A stretch of DNA of 64,000 nucleotides, taken from contig CAVPBC010000002.1 of assembly GCA_963701785.1 (NCBI GenBank), positions 2,484,458-2,548,457 on the forward strand, in the 5' to 3' direction. This document shows positions 1-9,221 of the stretch, in pieces. The notes under the pieces are model-generated. The model saw nothing but the letters and a program-made list of their open reading frames with translations, was not told the origin of the DNA and did no database searches. The position numbers and the translations under genes are program-made. Every line of letters starts with the position of its first letter. Position 1 is the first letter of the stretch. This DNA comes from an uncultured Bacteroidales bacterium (GTDB lineage: Bacteria; Bacteroidota; Bacteroidia; Bacteroidales; JAGOPY01).

Positions 1-448
1 TAATCGAGGACTGTATCATGATCATTCTTTATTAAACATTCCTCCAGAGAGATGCCGCCCCTTGACATGATCCGCTTCAGATCATCAAAAAAGCAAACCT
101 GTTCAGGTGTTTGAAAAAATATCCTGCACTGTTGAAATCATCCTCGTCTGCAAGATTTTTATCCGCAGTTAGTTCCCTGAATTCAAATAAATGCTTGAAC
201 ATTCTTGTTGCAGCTCCTGAAGCAGGCACAAACTTGACCAGTTTCATATCTTTAGCTGTACGATCAAAATTAGTGATCAGTTCGTGAATTTCTTTTTCAT
301 TAAAAGTCCGGATGCCATTTTCCCTGGTTGCCGGAGCCTGAAGCCGTGTAAAAGGATAGCCATTTTTGAAATCAAGGATTTGCTGCTCAATGGTTTCCAT
401 GGTAATACCCCGGGCTGCGATCTGGTTCAAATCTTTAGTGCTGAACAT
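1..448 (-). CDS. DUF4301-like protein, N-terminal part (gene runs off the left edge; frame break near 77-95)
   Basis: ORF 77..556; probable start Met at 448 (MFSTKDLNQIAARGITMETIEQQILDFKNGYPF...KFVPASGAATRMFKHLFEF). Coding continues in another frame to base 1 (DDLKRIMSRGGISLEECLIKNDHDTVLD). Family name is from memory of similar N-termini, not searched. Confidence 0.5.
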
Positions 449-562
449 AATAAACATGGTTTGATCAATATAAGCTTTCGGTTTGAAAGCTTTTAAAAAC
501 TTGGTAAAATTAATGATCCTCATAAAAATGTCAAAAAAAATAATCACCGATCTCATTTTAAA

Positions 563-596
563 TAATTCAAAAATTAAAATTCAAAATTCAAAATTA
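563..596. repeat. AT-rich heptamer tandem array (ATTCAAA/ATTAAAA units, about 4-5 copies)
   Basis: Read directly: aattcaaaaattaaaattcaaaattcaaaatta, between the divergent DUF4301-like gene and tRNA-Leu. Confidence 0.8.
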
Positions 597-600
597 TTTG

Positions 601-608
601 TACTTTTG
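601..608 (+). promoter_or_regulatory. Bacteroidetes-type -7 promoter box (TACTTTTG) for tRNA-Leu
   Basis: Matches TAnnTTTG consensus; 12 nt upstream of the tRNA 5' end at 621. Confidence 0.5.
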
Positions 609-620
609 CAGCCGTTTTAA

Positions 621-704
621 GCCCAGATGGCGGAAGTGGTAGACGCGCATGGTTGAGGGCCATGTAACCGCTCGGTTGTGCAAGTTCGAGTCTTGTTCTG
701 GGCA
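621..704 (+). tRNA. tRNA-Leu (anticodon GAG), type II with long variable arm
   Basis: Manual fold: acceptor GCCCAGA/TCTGGGC, D arm GCGG..CGC, anticodon stem CATGG/CCATG with loop TTGAGGG, long variable arm, T arm GCAAG-TTCGAGT-CTTGT, discriminator A; CCA not encoded. Confidence 0.9.
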
Positions 705-713
705 CTGTTCTTT

Positions 714-840
714 GAATGTTTAATGCTTAATGTTTAATGTTTAATGCTTAATGAGAAATGAGGAATTTAAATTAAATCTTTAAATTTTGAATCCATTAAT
801 AATTAAGCATTAAACATTCAACATTAAACATTAGACATTA
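714..840. repeat. Two opposed heptamer arrays (AATGYTT units and their complement) forming a long hairpin between the two tRNA-Leu genes
   Basis: 714-756 gaatgtttaatgcttaatgtttaatgtttaatgcttaatgaga; 795-840 is the complementary array; 714-731 is the exact reverse complement of 802-819 (18 bp). Confidence 0.85.
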
Positions 841-848
841 TCTAAGAT

Positions 849-932
849 GCCCAAATGGCGGAATTGGTAGACGCGCTACATTCAGGGTGTAGTGGGCGCA
901 CGCCCGTGCAAGTTCGAGTCTTGTTTTGGGCA
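849..932 (+). tRNA. tRNA-Leu (anticodon CAG), type II
   Basis: Manual fold: acceptor GCCCAAA/TTTGGGC, anticodon stem CTACA/TGTAG with loop TTCAGGG, long variable arm, T arm identical to the first tRNA-Leu. Confidence 0.9.
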
Positions 933-939
933 CTCGGAG

Positions 940-965
940 AGATGCCGGTTGAAAAGCCGGCATCT
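940..965 (+). terminator. Stem-loop directly after tRNA-Leu(CAG)
   Basis: agatgccgg-ttgaaaag-ccggcatct, perfect 9-bp stem, followed by ttaattt. Confidence 0.55.
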
Positions 966-1020
966 TAATTTAACACCAGAAACATTGGTACATATAATTG
1001 ACAAAAGAGTACAAAGAATA

Positions 1021-3696
1021 ATGGCTGCGGTCATTATTCTTTTTTTAATGCTGCCCATAGCTGTCTATTCTCAATGTAAAAGGCAATTTGTCCTGGATCA
1101 ATCTGTTGCAATTGAAGGTATTACGAATGGCATTGATACTTATTATCAAAACCTGATCATCCAGGATATAGCACTGGCTGAACAGAAAACCTTCCGTGAG
1201 ATCTCCCTTCAGTTTGACTTCAAAGTTCAATATCTTACGGACCAATGCAGACCAGGGAAACTTGAGATCAGGGTTTTACCGGTGGTCATTAATAGCTTGC
1301 CCTTATTATACCAGGGTTTTGATATTTCATCTTCCATCAGACCTGAGCGGGCAGACATGGTGTTCCACTTGGTTCAGCATAGCGGATTTGTTACGGATAG
1401 CCTTGTTTTTTTCGATATTCCCCTGGAAACAGATTCCAGCCTGTACACTTCCCTGACTTCAATTATAAAAGACACCTCATCGGTTGGGTCTGTTATCTTT
1501 TTCCAGGGCTGTATTCCATTTTTCCAAATCATCCTATGAGAAATTTCGCGACCGTATCCTGCAAATCGACCAGTATTATGCTGCTTCCCTCTTAGCTGAC
1601 AGCACCCTCATATGGGCTGGCCATGGATTCCTGTCGGAGACTGGTAATCGGGCAGAAATGATATTACGGCAGCTTGAGCTGGAAAGGATCATCAAATATA
1701 TCCGGCCACAACGATTTAATCCTGATTTCGGATCCGGCTTGAATGATATTAATGAGCTGACTTCCAAATACCAGCAACTTATAAGGGTCAACAACCGGAT
1801 GAAAGCCATTATTGAATATAACAGCTTTCTGCCTGAAAGTCAGGACAGGACCATTTCGGAAATTGAACTCTTGAAAAACTACTTGGACAGGTTGGATTAT
1901 TACCATTTCCTTGCTTTTGGGACAGATTTCAGATTTGTGAATTATATAGATTCATTAGCCACACCGGAATTCAACAATGCAGGTATAATTAAATTCAGCA
2001 GGAATTTATCCATTATGTTGGGGTCAATCGTTATAACTGGCGTACTTGGTGCCGGATCCTTGCAATGGCTTGATGGAGAGAGGAGATAAATTCGAAATGG
2101 AAGGTAATCAATCTCAGGGCAATTATTTATTATAAATCAGCCTATTACCTTTCTCAGCTCATGAATCTTCATGATATGCGATCAACTGCATTCCAGCAGC
2201 TTGGCCGGATGATGAACAGTATTTCTTCCTCTTATCTCGAAATTTCCAGGAAGTCGGCCAATGCGGAAAATCCTGCCCTGGCCGCTCAATATTTCCAGGA
2301 AGCATTCAGATTTTAACGGATAAGCAGTTTGCATCTTTTAGACCTGGCGGGATCTCATGAGTACGAAGAATGGCTATTATCAGAATTTTGAAAACCAGGC
2401 TATTAAATATATCGACCTGAAGAATTACAATAAGGCACTCATATCTTGTTGAGATTCAGAATCATTGCCAGACTGATGCTTCATATACTTGCCCTGAAGA
2501 TTTTCATCAATGGATGCGCACGGTAAGGGATGGAATTTATCATGATCTCCTGAAAAAATCACAGAACTTATTGCTCAGGGATGAATGGCAGGAAGCCGGA
2601 AAAGCTTTCGGCAGGCGATAGCCACCAGGATGAAAGCTGGATACAGGATTGAAAAAGATCGGACTGGAATCGGACCTTGAAGTTAAATTCCAGCAGATCC
2701 AATATGAAGAACTTATCGAAGAGGGCATCAGGTATCAGGAATAAACAGGAATTCAGTTCAGCATTATTTTATTTCAATAAAGCGGAGTTCCTGAAGAAGT
2801 CGGGCCTGACCGTCATTCATCCCGGGCTTGTACATTCCGCCAGGAGACTGCCCGCCAGGAAATACTTCAAATGCTTTCAGATGGACGTGTTAAAGGCGTG
2901 GGGTAAAAACTATGAAGGTGCCCGGATCAGCCTGGAACAGGTGGAAGGGATGCTTGCTGATTACCGGATACCCGGAAAGTGACAGCCTGACGGGGCAGTA
3001 TTTTGCATTGAAGGAAAGATCAGCAATAAAGAATGTGAAATGGTTACCGCAGAATTTAACGATTTGCTTGAACAGGTAAAATCTGCCAAAGCCGACAGCG
3101 ATTTCATCCTTGCCCGCAAAATCGCTTATGATGCGGTAATATTGTCCCTTGATCATCTTAATTGTCGGAATTAGAGATAGTGAAGCCTGGTATCAGAAAG
3201 TGATCTTGAAACACCGGCTGATTTCCAGAAAATGGAAAAACAACTTAATGACTTGATAGACGCATCCTGCACCGATTATCTGAAATCGTTCCAGGACCTG
3301 AAAAATTATTATTACCGGCATAAACTCCTGGAGCAGGGGGTCGTCTTCATACCTCTTTTTGACGGGTGGTCCGTGCAGATAATCCGGAATTCCTTGAAGG
3401 AATGTTGAATCACTATATCAACATTGAATGATTTTGATCATGCTTTCAGACTATTGGAGAGGCTGCATGAACTTGGAGTGCCTTCAAAACCACTGTCAGC
3501 TCAGCAAAAATCGGTGGCGGAATTTTATGCCAGGCGGGATGCAAAGAATCCTGCTATCACCGAACCCTGGGAAACCCTTGGATCATATACGGGCCGGGAC
3601 AAATGGTACCGGCCTTTTAACTGGAGATATAAATTCACATGGTTATCGGCTACCGGTTGGAAATTTAAGTATTGGCCTTTTATATGGAAGAATTAA
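1021..3696 (+). pseudogene. Large hypothetical secreted protein, heavily fragmented (many frame hops and in-frame stops)
   Basis: Starts with a signal-peptide-like MAAVIILFLMLPIAVYSQC at 1021. ORFs 892..1539, 1484..2089, 2677..2982 and 3424..3696, plus short unlisted pieces, read as one coding track that changes frame many times. No recognisable domain. Confidence 0.4.
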
Positions 3697-3733
3697 TTCT
3701 TTACTTTGTAAAAAACAGTTTAAATTAAAAACC

Positions 3734-4464
3734 ATGAAACGACTTCTGCTCATCAGCAATTCAACAAACGTAGGCGAGCCCTATTTAGGATGGCCAAGGT
3801 CTTATATATCTGCTTTTCTTGAAGGTACAGGTGTTAAAAATATTCTTATTTGTCCCTTATGCCGGGGTGAACCTGGCTTCAGAAAGTGTCGAAAAATCTT
3901 ATGATCTTTATGAGCAGCGGGTGCAATCCGTTTTTAAGGAACTTGGCTATGGGATTTATTCCATCCACCGGGAAAAAGACCCGGTCAGGGCGGTGGAGAG
4001 GCTAAAGCTATCGCAGTAGGAGGGGGCAATACCTTCCACCTGGTTTACATGCTGCATAAGCTGAACCTGGTTCCGGTCATCCGCGAGACGCGCCCTTGAA
4101 GGGATGCATTTCTTGGGCTGGAGCGCCGGTGCGAATGTGGCCTGCCCCACGCTTGCGCACCACTAACGACATGCCCATCATACAGCCGGCCAGTTTTGAT
4201 ACATTTAACCTGGTACCTTTCCAGATCAACCCGCACTACCTGGATGCCAACCCGGAAGGCCATGGTGGCGAGACACGACAACAAAGGATTGAAGAATTCC
4301 TGGCTGTAAACAGGGATGTGACCGTTGCAGGTTTGAGAGAGGCTTCGCTGATACAGGTGGAAGGTGATAAGTATGAACTCAAAGGCAGCAGGCCGATGCG
4401 GATATTCAGATATGGCCGCGAACCTGAGGAAGTTGCTCCCGGAACAGGGGCTATAGCTTTATAA
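3734..4464 (+). CDS. pepE: Dipeptidase E (peptidase S51), three frame breaks in this assembly
   Basis: Pieces MKRLLLISNSTNVGEPYLGW / FVPYAGV...YSIHREKDPVRAVE / GGGNTFHLVYMLHKLNLVPVIRE / [61 protein letters not shown] are colinear with E. coli PepE as I recall it. Breaks near 3845, 4010 and 4090. Confidence 0.8.
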
Positions 4465-5137
4465 CAAGTCCTGCTGAAAGGTTTACAAACGACACCACCT
4501 TCTCATCTGTCCGGACACTGCCGTCCGACTGGATAAAATTGAAATCCATCACATTGTAAGTGAAATCGCCCTGCAGTGAAAATCCCAGGCAATCGTTCAG
4601 GTCGTACCTCAGACCGGCCCCGGCCAGGAAACTGCCTTCATAATCACCGGCAGAAGTTATCTCATACCAGTTTTCGCCAATCAGATAATATTCTGCTTTA
4701 TATAGCTGGTAAGGAGTCTGGGTGTAAATGATCCCGCCCAGCGCTTTTGCGGTAACGGAAAGCTTTTGAACCAGAGGGAACTGGAAAAAAAGCCCGGTAT
4801 ACAGCGACAGGGCAAGGTAAGGATCCGACCTGATGATCAAATCAGTGATAAATGGATTTTCCTGTACGGTTTCGTAACCAAGGTCGCCAACGTCAACAGG
4901 ATGCATGTTCACTCCTGCCGATGCGCCGACGCCCAGCCAGGACTTGAAAAACCACGCTCCTTCAATTGACGTGCAAAGGCCGGCCAGGGCAAAACCTCCA
5001 TCCGGAAATTCTTTGCCATGAAATTTTGCGACCGGGAAAGATGTCCCAACCTGTAAGCTGACAAAAGATGGTTTTTGCTGTGCTGTTGTAATTATCGCCA
5101 CAAAAAGGAAAACTATCGAAATAAAGATTTTTTTCAT
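4451..5137 (-). CDS. Outer-membrane beta-barrel protein (porin/OmpW-like guess)
   Basis: Signal peptide MKKIFISIVFLFVAIITTAQQ; alternating hydrophobic, G/Y-rich strand pattern over 228 aa. Confidence 0.55.
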   Translation of the reverse strand: MKKIFISIVFLFVAIITTAQQKPSFVSLQVGTSFPVAKFHGKEFPDGGFALAGLCTSIEGAWFFKSWLGVGASAGVNMHPVDVGDLGYETVQENPFITDLIIRSDPYLALSLYTGLFFQFPLVQKLSVTAKALGGIIYTQTPYQLYKAEYYLIGENWYEITSAGDYEGSFLAGAGLRYDLNDCLGFSLQGDFTYNVMDFNFIQSDGSVRTDEKVVSFVNLSAGLVIKL

Positions 5138-5139
5138 GT

Positions 5140-5307
5140 TCAGAATGGCCAGATATGAGGATAAAGGGCGATAGCAACAGCACCGACAACGGATAACATT
5201 ACTGCCATCAGGATAAACATACCCCCCAGTAGTTTTTTCTTTTTAAACATGAAAAAAATCCCGAGTGCGATAAATATCAGCGCGTAAATAAACATACCGA
5301 TGATCAT
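5140..5307 (-). CDS. Small two-TM membrane protein (55 aa, below ORF-track cutoff)
   Basis: Hand translation: MIIGMFIYALIFIALGIFFMFKKKKLLGGMFILMAVMLSVVGAVAIALYPHIWPF. Its stop lies 2 nt before the ATG of the downstream barrel gene. Confidence 0.35.
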   Translation of the reverse strand: MIIGMFIYALIFIALGIFFMFKKKKLLGGMFILMAVMLSVVGAVAIALYPHIWPF

Positions 5308-5378
5308 TTGCCAGTTCTGATAAAGATGAAATTCGTGTGGCGAAAATAACTATATTTGAAAGATTGACAACGATAGCT

Positions 5379-6173
5379 ATGAAAATCAAAAAACTGGCCC
5401 TGGTTACGGGAGCCACAGGCGCCATCGGGAAGGCAATTGCCCGGCAGCTTGTCACAACAGGTGACTACAGGGTATTGATGGTGGTAAAGAATGAAGATAA
5501 AGCACTTAAGGTCATGGAAGACATCAGGCGGCTTACCCGTTCTGTTGATATACGCTACGTGGTTGTCGACCTGTCCCGGAAATCCCAGGTCTTTGATCTG
5601 GCCTCTTCTATCAAGGAACCCGTTCATATCCTGGTCAATAATGCTGCCATAACCCCGCATAATAGAACTGAAACACCTGAAGGCATCGAAATGCAATTCG
5701 CTGCAAATGTGCTGGGCTATTACTGGATGATGGAGGCATTGACGCCCCATTTAAAAGCAGGTGGCCCATCGAGGGTGGTCAATGTGGCCAGTTACTGGGC
5801 CGGAGGACTTGACATGGCTGACCTGGAATTCCGGCGCCGGCAATATGACAACGATTCATCCTACCGCCAGTCAAAACAGGCCGACCGGATGCTGACGGCC
5901 GCTTTTGCCAGGCGGTTTGAACCTTTAAATATAACGGTCAATGCCTGCCACCCGGGCGATGTGAACTCGGCACTGAGCAATTCTATGGGTTTTGGCGGTC
6001 ATGAAACACCGGACGAAGGAGCAGATACGCCTGTCTGGCTGGCAACAAGCCCTGAAGTTGAAGGAATTACCGGGAAGTATTTCGAGCACAGGAAACAGCA
6101 AGTCTGCAGCTTCAGCCGTAACCTGAAGGAGGTTGAGAAGTTGTTTGAGGTCTGCGGGGTATTGGTCTATTAA
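5379..6173 (+). CDS. Short-chain dehydrogenase/reductase (SDR) family oxidoreductase
   Basis: TGATGAIG Rossmann motif, NNAA, catalytic YRQSK (YxxxK). Start chosen at MKIKKLALVTG. Confidence 0.85.
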   Translation: MKIKKLALVTGATGAIGKAIARQLVTTGDYRVLMVVKNEDKALKVMEDIRRLTRSVDIRYVVVDLSRKSQVFDLASSIKEPVHILVNNAAITPHNRTETPEGIEMQFAANVLGYYWMMEALTPHLKAGGPSRVVNVASYWAGGLDMADLEFRRRQYDNDSSYRQSKQADRMLTAAFARRFEPLNITVNACHPGDVNSALSNSMGFGGHETPDEGADTPVWLATSPEVEGITGKYFEHRKQQVCSFSRNLKEVEKLFEVCGVLVY

Positions 6174-6176
6174 CTC

Positions 6177-6256
6177 TTTAGAGGGTCTCAAAACGCAGTC
6201 AGAGTTTTAAATCGGATTTGACCTGTCAGCGTTTGAAAGACTTGACAGCCTCTAAA
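6177..6256. terminator. Inverted-repeat structure between convergent SDR and PhzF-like genes
   Basis: Outer 8-bp inverted repeat tttagagg (6177-6184) / cctctaaa (6249-6256); inner hairpin ctgtca-N14-tgacag (6223-6248). Confidence 0.35.
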
Positions 6257-7041
6257 TTATAAATGTATTTCACCCTTAAGATATGTCACTGCTTTACCAC
6301 CGATATCCACCCTGTCGCCATTCAGTCGGCAAAAGATTAAGCCTCCGCGGCGTGAGAGCTGTCGGGCGTTCATCTCGGTTTTTCCCAGTTTTTCCGCCCA
6401 GAATGGAATGAGGACAGTATGGGCCGAACCGGTCACCGGGTCTTCGTCAACTCCCACACGAGGCGCAAAAAAGCGGGAGACAAAGTCAACTTTGTCACCA
6501 GGCGCAGTTACAATCACGGCACGGGCATCGGTCTTTTCCAGTCTGCGGAAATCCGGGATCAATGCCTCTATTTCCTTTTGCGATTTATAGAGAAGAAGAT
6601 AGTCCTCCTTTCCCCTGTAGCATTGCAGCGGGGTAATATTTAAAGATTGCACGAAATCATCGGGCAATGCGGTTCGTCTGGGGTTTATTGCCGGGGAAAT
6701 CCAGGATGAGAAGGTCGCCTTCCCTGGTCACATTAAGCAGCCCGCTCCTGGATTCAAATGAGATTATTCTCACCGCTAAATCCAAGATCGTGAAATATGA
6801 CATGCGCTGATGCCAGGGTGGCATGACCGCAAAGATTTACTTCGACTTTCGGCGTGAACCAACGGATATGAAATCCTTCATCTTTTTTAACGAAAAATGC
6901 TGTTTCCGAGAGGTTATTTTCCATGGCTATTTTTTGCATGGTCTCATCCGGGAGCCATTGCTCCAACGGACAAACCCCGGCCGGATTGCCGCCAAAAAGC
7001 CGGTCAGTAAACGCATCAACCTGGTAGAATGGAACTAGCAT
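6257..7041 (-). CDS. PhzF-family isomerase (YddE-like), two frame breaks
   Basis: N-terminus MLVPFYQVDAFTDRLFGGNPAGVCPL...SETAFF...RWFTPKVEVNLCGHATLA and C-terminus DPVTGSAHTVLIPFWAEKLGK are typical PhzF motifs. The middle (6668-6753) reads in another frame. Confidence 0.8.
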
Positions 7042-7078
7042 TTTAATTAAAAATTAAAAATTAAAAATTATAAATTCA
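7042..7078. repeat. Heptamer array (AATTAAA x about 5) filling the whole gap between the cyclase stop and the PhzF-like start
   Basis: tttaattaaaaattaaaaattaaaaattataaattca; the cyclase stop codon (7076-7078) sits in the last degenerate unit. Confidence 0.85.
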
Positions 7079-9019
7079 GCACTCAGATTCAACAATATAC
7101 ATATCTATTTCACCCTTGTTCTTTGCCTGTATCTTGCCCCGGTGGGTGCAGTTAAACCGTTCTTTAATAAACTCATAAGTGGTGCCGGAGATATTTACCT
7201 GGCCCGGGATGCCGCTTGATTCCATGCGGCTGGCCGTATTTACGGCATCGCCCCAGATGTCGTATGCAAATTTGTTTTTGCCGACAACACCGGCAACCAC
7301 CTGTCCCGTATGGATTCCGATCCTTAACTCCCAGTAATCCTTACCCTGATTTTCACGGTCAATTTTCAGTTGCTCCATGAATGCTTTGATTTCCAGTCCG
7401 GCCCTGACAATATCAACAGGATTGGAATCATTGGCAACAGGGATGCCACCGGCACACATATAAGCATCACCAATGGTTTTGATCTTTTCCAGGTTATGTT
7501 TGTCGATGATCTTATCGAATTCGAAAAAGCAATAATTCAATTCTTCGATCAATTGCTTGCGCGGTAAGTTTTTCGGCAATTTTCGTAAATCCTTTGAAAT
7601 CGGTGAACAGGACCGAAACTTTATCGTAATGCTTCGGGTGTTGCAGATGCCTTTTTCCTTAAGTTCATTGGCAGTTTCGTGAGGTAAGATATTTAAAAGA
7701 AGTTTTTCAGAGCGATCTTTTTCATCTTCAATGATTTTCTTGGTCTTCCTGACATATTTATAGCGGTTAAAAAGTCCAATGGCCATGACGAGCAGCAGAA
7801 ACCCTGTGCTGCCTGCGGCGTAAGTGGCAATTCGCTGCCGTTGAAGGCTTAATTCCTGAAGGGCATTATCCTTGGTAAGAAGATCGATATCACCCTGTTT
7901 CTTCTCTATATCATAACTCAACGTCATGAATTGAAGCTTTTTATCCATTTCTTCATTATAAAGAGAATCCTTCATAACAATGTATAATGCCTGGTATTTA
8001 TAGGCATTGGTATAATCCTTCGTTTTTGAATAAACATTTGCCAGGCCTTCGTATATTTCTTTCAGTTCATTTTTGGTCCTGATTTCTTCACCTGTTTTTT
8101 GCGCCTCCCGGTATGCAGCTATTGCCAGTGGAAGATTTCCCTGTGCATTAAATGTTTTAGCAAGCCCTAAAAAAGATTGTGTCATTTCAAGCTTGGCATC
8201 CAGGCTTTTAGCTCTTTCGATGGCTTCTTTCTGGAATTTGACTGCCTGCTCGTATTCACCCTGCCGGGCATATACTTTGCCTATATTATTCAATGTGTAT
8301 GCGACTTTAACGCTTTCGACTTTTTCATATGCTTCCAGGGAAGTGTTGAAATAGAACAAGGCTGAATCATACTGGTTCCTTTTTAGGAAGATTTCCCCCA
8401 TATTGACAGCTACTGTCCCGATGGCTTGATAATCCCCGAGTTCATTGCTGAGCGGAAGTGCTCTGTTATAAAATTGCAGGGCCATGTCATTTGTGGCTTC
8501 CTTATTGGAATAAACTGCCCCTATATTGACCAGTGCCGTGGCAATCCTTAATTTATCGTCAATTTCTTCAGCAACCTTTAAGGACTGAAATAGGTATTCG
8601 ATCGCTTTCGTGTCATCACCCTGGTTGAAATGGACCATACCGAGATTGTTTGACATATTGGCCACACCCACTTTTTCGCCGATAGAATCAAAAGTGCTTA
8701 ATGATTGTTGCCAGTAGATCAGCACATCGAAGTATTCCGCCTTGAAATAATGGCCCATGCCGATGCTTTTCAGGGCGTATCCCAATCCTCTTTTATAGTT
8801 CAGTTTTTCTGCAAGTTCTCTTGCCTGTGTGCCATAAAAGATGGTTGCTTCAGGATCAGAATTGACTAACCTGTTAGCGAGAGTGATAAGTGTATTAACT
8901 TTTGTGGTATCATCTTCGGCGCCAGCCACAACAGCTTTCAGACTGTCGATCTGGCTGTTTTGAGCAGAACACAGGGCAGAAATTAAAATAAAGGAAATGC
9001 ACAAAAGGAATTTTTGCAT
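7076..9019 (-). CDS. TPR-repeat / transmembrane / class III adenylate-guanylate cyclase, with an internal out-of-frame stretch
   Basis: Signal sequence, about 9 TPR-like repeats, one TM helix, then LLNILPHETANELKEKG and GDAYMCAGG...YDIWGDAVNTASRMES cyclase motifs. The expected FTDFKGFT metal-binding strand is readable only in another frame (about 7557-7632). Confidence 0.85.
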   Translation of the reverse strand: MQKFLLCISFILISALCSAQNSQIDSLKAVVAGAEDDTTKVNTLITLANRLVNSDPEATIFYGTQARELAEKLNYKRGLGYALKSIGMGHYFKAEYFDVLIYWQQSLSTFDSIGEKVGVANMSNNLGMVHFNQGDDTKAIEYLFQSLKVAEEIDDKLRIATALVNIGAVYSNKEATNDMALQFYNRALPLSNELGDYQAIGTVAVNMGEIFLKRNQYDSALFYFNTSLEAYEKVESVKVAYTLNNIGKVYARQGEYEQAVKFQKEAIERAKSLDAKLEMTQSFLGLAKTFNAQGNLPLAIAAYREAQKTGEEIRTKNELKEIYEGLANVYSKTKDYTNAYKYQALYIVMKDSLYNEEMDKKLQFMTLSYDIEKKQGDIDLLTKDNALQELSLQRQRIATYAAGSTGFLLLVMAIGLFNRYKYVRKTKKIIEDEKDRSEKLLLNILPHETANELKEKGICNTRSITIKFRSCSPISKDLRKLPKNLPRKQLIEELNYCFFEFDKIIDKHNLEKIKTIGDAYMCAGGIPVANDSNPVDIVRAGLEIKAFMEQLKIDRENQGKDYWELRIGIHTGQVVAGVVGKNKFAYDIWGDAVNTASRMESSGIPGQVNISGTTYEFIKERFNCTHRGKIQAKNKGEIDMYIVESEC

Positions 9020-9221
9020 GCCCAAAGATAATTAATTTCTGGAATGCAAGGCTACCCGGTTAACTGCTACAATGTGCTCTGTTTTGCCTGGATAGGACCT
9101 TAAGCAACTTTAAAAAAGATAAACAATTAAAAGATCGATTAAAAATCTGATCGGAAATTAAATTAAGCATCGAAATTCAGTAAATTTATTGCAGATTATT
9201 AACCACTTATACCTGACAAAT

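Noticed and set aside
892-1020. N-terminal extension of ORF 892..1539
   Set aside because: It overlaps tRNA-Leu(CAG) and its terminator hairpin. The real start is more plausibly the signal-peptide Met at 1021.
1021-3696. tRNA-adjacent fragmented region as an integrated mobile element
   Set aside because: No integrase, transposase, direct repeat of the tRNA 3' end or phage-like genes are visible.
7076-9019. TPR-cyclase as part of a cyclic-nucleotide defence system (CBASS/Pycsar-like)
   Set aside because: It is a class III cyclase with a TPR sensor and membrane anchor, which is typical signalling architecture. There is no adjacent effector gene, and the downstream gene is a PhzF-family isomerase.
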